Source: Candidatus Berkelbacteria bacterium (GTDB lineage: Bacteria > Patescibacteriota > UBA1384 > JACPKC01). Taken from it: a stretch of DNA of 64,000 bases. Below, one piece after another: positions 55,128-64,000 of the stretch; the first letter of the stretch is position 1, and every line of letters begins with the position of its first letter. A program made the translations under genes and the position numbers. Where the stretch lies: positions 156,590 through 220,589 of the forward strand of contig JACPKC010000010.1 of assembly GCA_016187225.1 (NCBI GenBank). Direction: 5' to 3'. The notes under the pieces are model-generated. The model saw nothing but the letters and a program-made list of their open reading frames with translations, did no database searches and had not been told where the DNA came from.

Positions 55128-56704
55128 GCGCCAAAGAAAAACCAAAAGCTATTTTAATTATTCTCGATGGCTTTGGCCTTTCGCCCATTACCAAAGGCAA
55201 CGCAATTTACCAAGCTAAAACACCAAATCTCAATCGAATTTTAGCAAGTTATCCATATACGGCTTTACGCGCTCATGGCACCGAAGTTGGTTTGCGATGG
55301 GCGGAGATGGGCAATTCTGAAGTCGGTCACTTAAATATTGGCGCCGGTAGAGTCGTTGAGCAGGATGTAACGAAAATTTTTCATTCAATTGACGACCGTA
55401 AATTTTTTGATAATCGTCCGTTACGCGAGGCATGTAGTCAGGCTAAAAAATCCAAATCAACTTTGCATCTGATTGGTTTAGCTTCAGCCGGCGGCGTGCA
55501 TGGGCATATTGATCATCTTAAGGCGCTCCTGGAATTGGCTCATTCATACAGAATCGAGCATGTTGCTTTGCACCTTATCGCTGATGGCCGTGACGCAGAG
55601 TCAAAGTCGTTGGCAAAATATCTTCCTGGCATTGAAGAAACTCGCGCGCGTTTTGGTGGCGAATACGCAACTCTCATTGGTCGCTACTATGCAATGGATC
55701 GCGATCGACGCTGGGAACGAACGCAAGCCGCTTATCAAGCAATGGTGAGCGGCGAAGGGCAAAAGGCGGCAACGCTCGAAGAGGCATTAGAGTTGGCCTA
55801 TGCTCGCAAAGAAACGGATGAGTTCATTCGGCCGACTGTTATTAATCCTGCAAAAAAGGAGTTGCGAATTCAAAATGGCGACGTCGTAATTTTTGCCAAC
55901 TATCGGCCGGATCGCGCACGTCAACTTGCCGCCGCCTTTCGAGGGGCGGATTTTGATGGATTTGTCCGTAAGGAACGGAATATTCATTTTGTGACATTCA
56001 CAGATTATGGAATTGAGCTTAAGCACTCCGTGGTCGCTTTTTTGCCTGAACCAGTGCCACGTCAACTCGCGAGTATTTTGGCTTCGGCTCACTTGAGACA
56101 GTTGCATATTGGGGAAACCGAAAAGTATGCTCACGTTACTTATTTTTTCAATGGCGGCGTGGAGAAACCTTTTGACGGAGAAAAACGTATCCTTATCAAT
56201 TCGCCCAAGGTTGGCACTTACGATGAGGCGCCTGAAATGTCGGCTCGCGAAATTACCGATTCATTACTCACTGCTTGGTCGCGTGACAGTTTTGATGTTG
56301 CAATCGTTAACTATGCAAATCCTGATATGGTCGGTCATACCGGAGATCTGGCGGCAACGGTGAAAGCGTTAGAATTTTTGGATCAGTGTTTGGGCAAGAT
56401 CTTTGAGTTGGCCGAAAGTCAAGGCGATTGCATCCTAATTACCAGCGACCATGGCAATGCCGAACAGCTTCTGAATCCTATGACTGGAGATGTTGACAAA
56501 GAACATACCGTTAATCCTGTGCCTCTGATCCTAGTTGCTCCCACCGTCAAGCATCGCCCGAAAGGCGGAGATGTGAAACTTGAGCTTCTTTCGCAATCAC
56601 CGGTGGGTATTTTGGCTGATGTAGCGCCAACCTTACTCGCACTTCTTGATATCAAACGACCAGCAGAAATGACTGGAGAGAATCTCCTGCATGAACTGCG
56701 TTAA
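55124..56704 (+). CDS. gpmI: 2,3-bisphosphoglycerate-independent phosphoglycerate mutase (paralog 1)
   Basis: ILDGFGLSP, SEVGHLNIGAGRV (catalytic Ser), ITSDHGNAE. Confidence 0.9.
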   Translation: MSAKEKPKAILIILDGFGLSPITKGNAIYQAKTPNLNRILASYPYTALRAHGTEVGLRWAEMGNSEVGHLNIGAGRVVEQDVTKIFHSIDDRKFFDNRPLREACSQAKKSKSTLHLIGLASAGGVHGHIDHLKALLELAHSYRIEHVALHLIADGRDAESKSLAKYLPGIEETRARFGGEYATLIGRYYAMDRDRRWERTQAAYQAMVSGEGQKAATLEEALELAYARKETDEFIRPTVINPAKKELRIQNGDVVIFANYRPDRARQLAAAFRGADFDGFVRKERNIHFVTFTDYGIELKHSVVAFLPEPVPRQLASILASAHLRQLHIGETEKYAHVTYFFNGGVEKPFDGEKRILINSPKVGTYDEAPEMSAREITDSLLTAWSRDSFDVAIVNYANPDMVGHTGDLAATVKALEFLDQCLGKIFELAESQGDCILITSDHGNAEQLLNPMTGDVDKEHTVNPVPLILVAPTVKHRPKGGDVKLELLSQSPVGILADVAPTLLALLDIKRPAEMTGENLLHELR

Positions 56705-56716
56705 AAGGAATGACGG

Positions 56717-58357
56717 ATGGGAACCCAGTCAATTACCGACGTAAAAATTCATCCTAGGCCGATCGTTCTATTAATTTTGGATGGTTGGGGACTTTCGCCC
56801 TCATGGGGTGGAAACGCAATTGCCCTCAATGATCCGCCAACTTTTAATTATTTGTGGAAGTATTATCCACATACTGTTTTGCAAGCCTTTAAGGTGATTG
56901 CGGGGCCTTCTGGGATTGTTGGCTCATCCGAGATTGGCCATGCTTCAATTGGTTCCGGGCGAGTCGTTCAACAAGATTTGACCGAAATTAGTCTTGCGAT
57001 TGAGAGCGGTGTTTTCTATAAAAATCAGGTCTTGAAAGATGCGTTTGCCACCGCTAAAGAAAAAAAGAAGCGTGTGCATCTAATCGGCTTACTTTCCGAA
57101 GGTGGCATTCATGGTTCGCTGAAACACGCGCTTGCTTTGGTTGAATTTGCTAAGCGGGAAGGCGTAAAGGATTTATGGCTACATCCATTTACCGATGGCG
57201 AGGATTCTGATACTCATTCAGCCCAAGAAAATTTGCATGCCCTGCAAGCGACTCTCGGCAGAATTGGAGTGGGTAGGATTGGTACAATCAGCGGTCGATT
57301 TTATGGGCTGGATCGAGATGGGTATTGGGATCGGACAGCGCGAGTTTATGAGGCGTTGGTGTATGGTCGTGGTGAGCAGGCATCAACACCTGCGCAAGTC
57401 GTCAGTCGAGCTTATCAAGCAGGCTTGGACGATGAACACATCCCGCCAACGGTGATACAAGCTCAAAGCGAAATTAGCGCGAGTCGCATTCAACCCGGTG
57501 ATGTAGTGATTCATTGGAATTTTCGCGCTGATCGAGCGCGGCAATTAGTTCGCGCTTTTCTTGATCGCAAGGTTTTTCGGCCATATTTCATTCATCGGCG
57601 CTACCCTTTAGCGGGAGTATCCGTAGTGTCGTTTACTGATTACCATCTTGATCTTCCAAATCTAACGATTGCATTTCCATCGGCAGTGATTTCAAATACT
57701 TTAAGCGAACTTTTGGCGACGCATAAATTGACTCAACTCCATGTGGCCGAGAGTGAAAAATACGCTCACGTCACCTATTTTTTCAACGGTGGTCTCGAGG
57801 AGCCGCATCTAGGTGAGGACCGGATCATTGTGCCCTCTCCTCGAGCTCAAGCATACGACACTGTGCCGGCGATGAGTGCGGGGGCGATCACGCGCATTCT
57901 AGAAAGATCAATTCGTCGGAAATCTCATGATTTCATTGTTGCGAATTTTGCCAATGTAGACATCGTCGCTCATACCGGCAATCTTGCCGCGACTGGCAAA
58001 GCGGTTCTGGTTGTTGATGAGGCACTGCGCCGAATTGCCAATGCCGTCATTGATGTGGGCGGCGCTCTATTCATTACAGCAGATCACGGGAATGCCGAAT
58101 CGGTTGCTCGACTCAAATTAGAGCAAGACAGTCGCGAGACGCTCCATACCTTGAATCCAGTTCCATTTATGTATATAGCCCGTGAAGTTAAAAAAGTCGA
58201 GCAACTTACTCACGCTTTACTCGGCAAAAGTTTGGTTGGTCAGATGCTAACTCTTGAGCGAACCTTGGCTGATGTGGCGCCAACGATTCTAGATGTGATG
58301 GGAATACCGGCGCCAAACGACATGACTGGCGCATCGCTCGTGAAAGAATTTGATTAA
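56717..58357 (+). CDS. gpmI: 2,3-bisphosphoglycerate-independent phosphoglycerate mutase (paralog 2, more divergent)
   Basis: LDGWGLSP, SEIGHASIGSGRV, ITADHGNAE; 546 aa. Confidence 0.85.
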   Translation: MGTQSITDVKIHPRPIVLLILDGWGLSPSWGGNAIALNDPPTFNYLWKYYPHTVLQAFKVIAGPSGIVGSSEIGHASIGSGRVVQQDLTEISLAIESGVFYKNQVLKDAFATAKEKKKRVHLIGLLSEGGIHGSLKHALALVEFAKREGVKDLWLHPFTDGEDSDTHSAQENLHALQATLGRIGVGRIGTISGRFYGLDRDGYWDRTARVYEALVYGRGEQASTPAQVVSRAYQAGLDDEHIPPTVIQAQSEISASRIQPGDVVIHWNFRADRARQLVRAFLDRKVFRPYFIHRRYPLAGVSVVSFTDYHLDLPNLTIAFPSAVISNTLSELLATHKLTQLHVAESEKYAHVTYFFNGGLEEPHLGEDRIIVPSPRAQAYDTVPAMSAGAITRILERSIRRKSHDFIVANFANVDIVAHTGNLAATGKAVLVVDEALRRIANAVIDVGGALFITADHGNAESVARLKLEQDSRETLHTLNPVPFMYIAREVKKVEQLTHALLGKSLVGQMLTLERTLADVAPTILDVMGIPAPNDMTGASLVKEFD

Positions 58358-58359
58358 CT

Positions 58360-59742
58360 ATGAGCTCAATGCTTAGACAAAAACGAGCGATTGAAATTGT
58401 CAATAAATTACGCTTGCAAGGTTTTGTCGGTTATTTTGTTGGTGGGAGTGTGCGCGATCTCCTCTTGAAGCGCACACCCAAAGACTATGACTTGGTGACC
58501 GATGCAACACCAGACGAAGTGGCAAAGATTTTTCCCAAACACCACGCGATTGGCAGAAAGTTCGGTGTGTTGACAGCCATATTCCCTGAAGGTACATATG
58601 AGATCGCGACTTTCCGCGCGGAAAAAACATATGAAGACAAGCGCCGTCCTAAAGAAGTTTTTTGGACCCACGCTCGCGAAGATATCTCGAGGCGCGACTT
58701 CACAGTGAACGGTCTTTTGTATGATCCGATCGCAAACAAAGTAGTGGACTACGTTCATGGCCAGCGCGATCTTGAGTTACGAGTGATTCGTTTTATCGGA
58801 CACGCAAAAAAACGCATTCAAGAAGATCCAGTTAGGATTCTTCGAGCAGTGCGGCTAAAAAATAAACTTCGATTCCAATATGATCCAACTACCTACCGAG
58901 CGCTGACCGCCTTGAGCGCGGAGCTAAAACATGTCTCACTGGAACGTGTTCGCGATGAATTGAACCTGATGTTGAGTCAGGCGTCACGTCTCACGGCGCT
59001 TCAGGATTTAGATCGAATCGGCGCCCTGAAAATACTTTTGCCGGAGATTGACGCCTTAAAAGGTGTTCCCCAACCCATTGATTATCATCAGGAAGGCGAT
59101 GTCTACGACCATACTCTTCGAGCGCTTGCAAGTCTTGAGACTTATAGCCCAAGTTTTTTAATTTGGGCAGTGCTCTTGCATGATAGTGGCAAACCAACCA
59201 CCCTCTCTTACAAACAAGTTCATGGCAAACCGACCATTACAACCAACCACCATGCCGAAGTTTCGGCTGAAATTGCAGAACAAGTTTTACGCCGTCTGCA
59301 TTTTTCTGCAAGTGAAACGGACACAATCGCATGGATGATTCGTCACCATATGAGTCTCAAAGATATCGAGCAGATGCGTCCGGTGCGTCAGGAGGCTTAT
59401 GTTTTAGACCCGCGCTTCCCATGGTTATTGGAACTGCACAAGGCTGATGCCTTGGGCGCCAAGCCAATCGATCTCTCGCTTTATGCACGCGACTTAAAAC
59501 TTTATGAAGGAATGAAGCAACGTCGCCTCGCCGCCATTAAACTCTCCCCTACTCCGCTCCTAAACGGGCATATTCTACAATCAGAGCTTGCGTTAATGCC
59601 TGGCCCGATGCTTGGTGAGCTTCTTGAAGAAGTGCGCAACGCACAACTTCAAGGCTTAATCCGTACTCCGAATGAGGCGATCGAATATGCGCGCGCTCTC
59701 ATAAAAACCAATTCCACAATTTCTTCTAGGCAGAAAAATTAA
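58360..59742 (+). CDS. cca: CCA-adding tRNA nucleotidyltransferase (pol-beta head plus HD domain)
   Basis: GGSVRDLLL...DYDLVT nucleotidyltransferase motif and HD motif LLHDSGK. Confidence 0.85.
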   Translation: MSSMLRQKRAIEIVNKLRLQGFVGYFVGGSVRDLLLKRTPKDYDLVTDATPDEVAKIFPKHHAIGRKFGVLTAIFPEGTYEIATFRAEKTYEDKRRPKEVFWTHAREDISRRDFTVNGLLYDPIANKVVDYVHGQRDLELRVIRFIGHAKKRIQEDPVRILRAVRLKNKLRFQYDPTTYRALTALSAELKHVSLERVRDELNLMLSQASRLTALQDLDRIGALKILLPEIDALKGVPQPIDYHQEGDVYDHTLRALASLETYSPSFLIWAVLLHDSGKPTTLSYKQVHGKPTITTNHHAEVSAEIAEQVLRRLHFSASETDTIAWMIRHHMSLKDIEQMRPVRQEAYVLDPRFPWLLELHKADALGAKPIDLSLYARDLKLYEGMKQRRLAAIKLSPTPLLNGHILQSELALMPGPMLGELLEEVRNAQLQGLIRTPNEAIEYARALIKTNSTISSRQKN

Positions 59743-59766
59743 GTGTAGGTATACTGTTTACTAACT

Positions 59767-62460
59767 ATGGATCTGAATAAATTTACGGTTAAAACCCAAG
59801 AAGCCTTGTTTCAGGCGCAAAACGTCGCTCTTGAACGTCAACAACAACAGGTTGATGTTGCGCATGTAATGTTAGCGTTAATCGAGCAAACAGATGGCAT
59901 TGTCCGCCCGTTACTCCAAAAAATTAACGTAAGTGAGCAACTTTTGCGCTCGCGGATTAATCAATTGATTGAACTTATGCCGCGCACAATTTCGCCTTCA
60001 GGTCAGTTTGGTCAGGTATATATTGCCGAATCTTTGCGCCGAGTTTTGGTTCAAGCCGGGAAAGAAGCCGAACAGCTCAAGGATGAGTTTATTAGCACTG
60101 AACACGTGCTTTTAGCAATTCTTGAAATCAACACTCCAGTTAAGCAGGTTTTGAACGCATTGGGCGTTCATCGTGAGGAAGCGCTTAAGGCGCTTATGGA
60201 TGTGCGCGGCAGTCAGCGCGTGACCGACCAAACACCTGAAAACAAATATCAAGTTCTTGAAAAATATACGATTGATCTAACGGCCGAGGCTCGCAACGGT
60301 AAACTCGACCCTGTTGTTGGGCGCGATGAAGAGATTCGGCGTGTTATGCAAGTTTTGTCGCGCCGCACTAAAAATAATCCTGTTCTCATCGGCGAACCGG
60401 GAGTTGGCAAGACCGCAGTTGTCGAAGGTCTAGCCCAACGAATTGTCGCCGGCGATGTCCCGGAATCGATCGCTAATAAACGTCTACTTTCACTCGATCT
60501 GGGCTCCATTATTGCCGGAACAAAATTTCGAGGTGAATTTGAAGATCGTCTCAAGGCGTTGCTTAAAGAGATTGATCAGTCGGCAGGCCAAATTATTCTC
60601 TTTATCGATGAACTGCACACTTTAGTTGGCGCGGGGGCAACAGATGGGGCGATGGATGCGGCCAATCTCCTTAAACCCGCGCTTGCTCGCGGCAAATTGC
60701 ATGCGATTGGCGCCACGACACTTAAAGAATACCAACAACATATTGAAAAGGATGCGGCGCTTGAACGGCGCTTTCAGCCAGTGATGGTGAAAGAGCCAAC
60801 GATTGAAGACACGATCGCAATTTTACGGGGAATTAAAGAAAAGTATGAAGTTCATCATGGCGTGAAGATCACCGACTCTGCCATTGTCGCGGCGGCTAAT
60901 CTTTCCACGCGCTATATCACTGATCGTTTTTTGCCCGATAAGGCAATCGATTTAATTGATGAAGCAACTTCTTCGCTTCGGATGGAAATCGATTCTATGC
61001 CGGTTGAGCTGGATTCACTGAAACGCAAGATTATTCAGTTAGAAATCGAGCGTGAAGCCTTAAAGCGGGAGACGGATAAAGAAAGCAAGGATCGTCTTAA
61101 AGAACTAATGGAAGAACTAGCAGGTTTACGTGAAGATGCTGAACAGCTTGAATTGCGCTGGAAGAATGAAAAAGAGATTATCACCAAGCTTCGTGATCTT
61201 TCGATGAAGCTGGATCAAGCGCGTGTCGATGCCGAGCAGGCCGAGCGTCAGGGCGAACTTGAAAAAGTCGCTATGATTCGATATCAGCGTGTGCCTGAAT
61301 TGCAAAGAGAGCGCAAAACTTTAACTAAGCAATTAAGTGAAGTCCAAAAGGACAGTAAGATTTTGAAAGAAGAAGTGACTGAAGAGGATATTGCGCAAGT
61401 GGTTGCGCATTGGACAGGCATTCCGGTAACCAAAATGCTTGAAAGCGAGGCGAAAAAACTTGCCCACATGGAGACCGAGATTAAAGCTCGAATTGTCGGC
61501 CAAGAAAACGCTATCACAGCTGTTGCAAACGCAATTCGTCGATCTCGGGCAGGCATCTCTGAAGAGTCGCGCCCAATCGGATCCTTTATGTTCTTAGGCC
61601 CAACAGGCGTGGGCAAAACCGAACTGGCGCGCGCCTTGGCTGAATTTATGTTTAATGATTCAAGTGCGATGATTCGGATCGATATGAGTGAGTATATGGA
61701 AAAACATGCGTCGAGCAAGTTGATTGGCGCTCCGCCTGGTTATGTCGGTTACGAGGAAGCCGGCCAACTCACTGAACAAATTCGTCGGCGCCCCTACTCC
61801 GTTGTGCTTTTTGATGAAATTGAAAAAGCTCACCCAGAAATTTTCAATATGCTTTTGCAAGTTCTCGACGACGGTCGCCTAACTGATTCTAAGGGTCGAG
61901 TTGTGAATTTCAAAAATGCCATCATCATTTTAACAAGTAATTTAGGTAGTCAGATTATCCAGGATTACACCGCTCAACGTCAAAGTCACGCTATTGGTTA
62001 TCATGTCGCCGAGCAAGCCACTGATGAAAAACAGGAAATGAAAGATAAAGTTCTCGAAGAAGTACAGCGCTTCTTTAAGCCAGAATTTTTGAATCGCTTG
62101 GATGAGATTCTAATTTTTGATGCTCTTTCCGAAAAACAAATTCGCCAGATCATTGATCTTCAGTTGGCCCATGTTATTGAGAGAGTAGCGAAACAGCGTG
62201 GTCTAAAACTCACGATCAACACAGAAGTTAAACAAGAACTTGCCCGACGTGGGTACGACCCTGTTTATGGCGCTCGTCCGCTCAAACGTGTCATTCAACA
62301 TGAAATTTTAGATCCCCTAGCCTTGATGGTCCTCGAGCATCAATTTCCCGAAGATACAAATCTTGATGTTGTGATTAAAGATGGTAAGATAACTATTCTT
62401 CCTCAACTTGAACAAATGCCTCCCAAAGAAATTAGTTCAGCGAAAACCGTTCCTGTATAA
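59767..62460 (+). CDS. clpB: Chaperone ClpB (Hsp100 disaggregase with a long M-domain coiled coil)
   Basis: 897 aa with two AAA+ modules ([19 protein letters not shown]) and a long coiled-coil middle domain. Confidence 0.9.
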   Translation: MDLNKFTVKTQEALFQAQNVALERQQQQVDVAHVMLALIEQTDGIVRPLLQKINVSEQLLRSRINQLIELMPRTISPSGQFGQVYIAESLRRVLVQAGKEAEQLKDEFISTEHVLLAILEINTPVKQVLNALGVHREEALKALMDVRGSQRVTDQTPENKYQVLEKYTIDLTAEARNGKLDPVVGRDEEIRRVMQVLSRRTKNNPVLIGEPGVGKTAVVEGLAQRIVAGDVPESIANKRLLSLDLGSIIAGTKFRGEFEDRLKALLKEIDQSAGQIILFIDELHTLVGAGATDGAMDAANLLKPALARGKLHAIGATTLKEYQQHIEKDAALERRFQPVMVKEPTIEDTIAILRGIKEKYEVHHGVKITDSAIVAAANLSTRYITDRFLPDKAIDLIDEATSSLRMEIDSMPVELDSLKRKIIQLEIEREALKRETDKESKDRLKELMEELAGLREDAEQLELRWKNEKEIITKLRDLSMKLDQARVDAEQAERQGELEKVAMIRYQRVPELQRERKTLTKQLSEVQKDSKILKEEVTEEDIAQVVAHWTGIPVTKMLESEAKKLAHMETEIKARIVGQENAITAVANAIRRSRAGISEESRPIGSFMFLGPTGVGKTELARALAEFMFNDSSAMIRIDMSEYMEKHASSKLIGAPPGYVGYEEAGQLTEQIRRRPYSVVLFDEIEKAHPEIFNMLLQVLDDGRLTDSKGRVVNFKNAIIILTSNLGSQIIQDYTAQRQSHAIGYHVAEQATDEKQEMKDKVLEEVQRFFKPEFLNRLDEILIFDALSEKQIRQIIDLQLAHVIERVAKQRGLKLTINTEVKQELARRGYDPVYGARPLKRVIQHEILDPLALMVLEHQFPEDTNLDVVIKDGKITILPQLEQMPPKEISSAKTVPV

Positions 62461-62461
62461 G

Positions 62462-64000
62462 ATGCGCTACGATCACAAAGTAATTGAGCAAAAATGGCAA
62501 AAGCACTGGGCGTCTCGGGACGCCTATCGTACGCCAGTAAAACCTCAAAAAAAGTTCTATTGCTTGGATATGTTTCCCTATCCTTCAGGCGTTGGCTTAC
62601 ATGTTGGTCATCCGCGTGGTTATGTTGCGACCGATGTCGTCAGTCGTTTTAAGCGTGCGCAGGGTTTTGACGTGCTCCATCCAATGGGTTGGGATTCTTT
62701 CGGCTTGCCAGCTGAAAATTATGCAATTAAAACTGGCATTCATCCTGCAACTACAACCGAGCAGTCAATTCGGAGATTTAAGTGGCAACTGCAATCGATG
62801 GGTTTGAGTTACGACTGGGAGCGTGAGATTACTACATCAAATCCTGATTATTATCGTTGGACCCAGTGGCTATTTCTAAAACTTTACGAGCATGGCCTTG
62901 CCTACCAAAAGAAAGCACCTGTTAACTGGTGCCCTTCGTGTAAGACAGTGCTCGCAAATGAACAAGTGACGCAAGGTAAGTGTGAGCGTTGCGGGACAAT
63001 GGTGATTCAGCGCCATCTTAAGCAATGGTTTTTCAAGATTACAGAATATGCTGAAGAACTGTTAGCTTCGCTTGATAACCTTGATTGGCCGGAACCGATT
63101 AAGGTTATGCAAAGGAACTGGATCGGCAAGAGCGTTGGCGCCACGATTCAATTTGCAGTTAAAGAGCATGGATTCACGGTCGATGTCTTCACTACACGGC
63201 CGGAGACTCTGTACGGTGTCACTTACCTTGTCTTGGCGCCAGAGCACTCACTCGTAAAAAACTTAATAACAAAAAATCAACGAACGTTAGTTGAATGTTA
63301 CCAGCAAGAAATTAAAACACATTCCGAACGCGATCGTCAGATGAATGCTAAAACGGGAGTTTTTACCGGTGCGTTTGCGCTTCATCCTCTTACTCAAGTC
63401 AAGCTCCCGATTTGGATCGCAGACTATGTTCTGCCGCATTACGGGAGTGGTGCAGTGATGGCTGTGCCTGCCCACGATAAACGTGATTGGGAATTTGCTC
63501 AAAAATATCGTTTGCCAATAAAGTTTGTCGTCGAGACTAGCAACGAACGTGAAGTGTATACAGAGCCTGGAAAATTAATAAATTCGCCGCTCTGGAAAGG
63601 CCTCCATTCAGAGCGTGATTTTAAACAAATTATTCAAACTCTTGAGGAGCAAAAAATTGGTTTGAGCGATACACGTTTTCGGCTTCGTGACTGGCTAGTC
63701 TCGCGTCAACGTTATTGGGGCACGCCAATCCCAATCATTTATTGCGGCGCTTGCGGAGTTTGTCCGGTGCCAGAAGCAGATTTAGTCGTCGGACTGCCAC
63801 ATGACGTTGATTTTAAGCCGACGGGCGAATCTCCACTTACGCGTTCGAAGGAGTTTCAAAGCGTGCGTTGCCCAAAGTGTCAAGGCAAAGCGCGGAGAGA
63901 AACTGATACCCTAGACACATTTGTTGATTCGAGCTGGTACTTTTTGCGTTTTGTCAATCCGCGTCTTGCAGAGGCGGCCTTTCGGAAATCTGAAATTTTG
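62462..64000 (+). CDS. leuS: Leucyl-tRNA synthetase, N-terminal part; the gene continues beyond the window end
   Basis: MRYDHKVIEQKWQKHW...FPYPSGVGLHVGHPRGY (HIGH motif) and a CP1/zinc region; no stop before the window end. Confidence 0.9.
   Translation, partial: MRYDHKVIEQKWQKHWASRDAYRTPVKPQKKFYCLDMFPYPSGVGLHVGHPRGYVATDVVSRFKRAQGFDVLHPMGWDSFGLPAENYAIKTGIHPATTTEQSIRRFKWQLQSMGLSYDWEREITTSNPDYYRWTQWLFLKLYEHGLAYQKKAPVNWCPSCKTVLANEQVTQGKCERCGTMVIQRHLKQWFFKITEYAEELLASLDNLDWPEPIKVMQRNWIGKSVGATIQFAVKEHGFTVDVFTTRPETLYGVTYLVLAPEHSLVKNLITKNQRTLVECYQQEIKTHSERDRQMNAKTGVFTGAFALHPLTQVKLPIWIADYVLPHYGSGAVMAVPAHDKRDWEFAQKYRLPIKFVVETSNEREVYTEPGKLINSPLWKGLHSERDFKQIIQTLEEQKIGLSDTRFRLRDWLVSRQRYWGTPIPIIYCGACGVCPVPEADLVVGLPHDVDFKPTGESPLTRSKEFQSVRCPKCQGKARRETDTLDTFVDSSWYFLRFVNPRLAEAAFRKSEIL

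Overview
The window is a gene-dense bacterial chromosomal segment of about 46-47% GC, with short intergenic gaps and frequent start/stop overlaps. Most of it is conserved housekeeping. At the left end is ribonucleotide reduction (nrdR plus a partial class II RNR) and division (ftsA, ftsZ). Next come ybeY, a YqeY-like protein, rpsU, a HIT protein, pyrF, a lytic transglycosylase, a YqeG-type HAD phosphatase, a CHAP hydrolase, and an SOS pair (lexA and dinB). A long minus-strand operon follows (nusA, clpC, rel, hisS, an unknown 486-aa protein, a SpoU methyltransferase). Then come a suf Fe-S operon (DUF1858, sufC, sufB, short sufD, sufS, sufU), an ABC exporter, xseAB, a NUDIX hydrolase, a GT4 glycosyltransferase, mreB and murA. 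The right end carries a glycolytic block (archaeal-type PGI/PMI, enolase, two tandem gpmI paralogs), a CCA enzyme, clpB and partial leuS. Two tRNAs with genome-encoded CCA are present, tRNA-Leu(CAA) and tRNA-Ala(CGC). The content (sortases, SipW/TasA-type secretion, YqeG, a short Rel, a truncated SufD, archaeal-type PGI/PMI) suggests a small-genome monoderm-like lineage, possibly Patescibacteria/CPR or Chloroflexi-like; this is inference only. Three accessory-looking regions stand out.
(1) 19.0-20.9 kb: a GC-rich island (about 57% by hand count) of three uncharacterised plus-strand genes. It is transcribed divergently from dinB-lexA and shares the intergenic region that carries a conserved putative LexA operator; both its transcription units end in strong terminators.
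(2) 43.7-50.7 kb: a cell-surface locus. Two sortase-like transpeptidases and a subtilisin flank three paralogous secreted proteins built from a roughly 70-aa module (TGxNSxN...NTxVGDIxTGD); one carries a collagen-like GXY tract and a C-terminal anchor. The locus ends at tRNA-Leu.
(3) 5.0-7.0 kb: a TasA-like / SipW / second SipW-cognate-substrate operon.
I also flag a motif, CGAACAAAARCCG, shared by the lexA and dinB promoters and flush against their -10 boxes. It is a GAAC-N7-GAAC direct repeat at dinB and is the likely SOS operator. Other flags are possible NrdR boxes, a structured leader upstream of the lytic transglycosylase, and a HAD protein with Asn in the nucleophile position. No CRISPR array, rRNA or recognisable transposase/integrase was seen.
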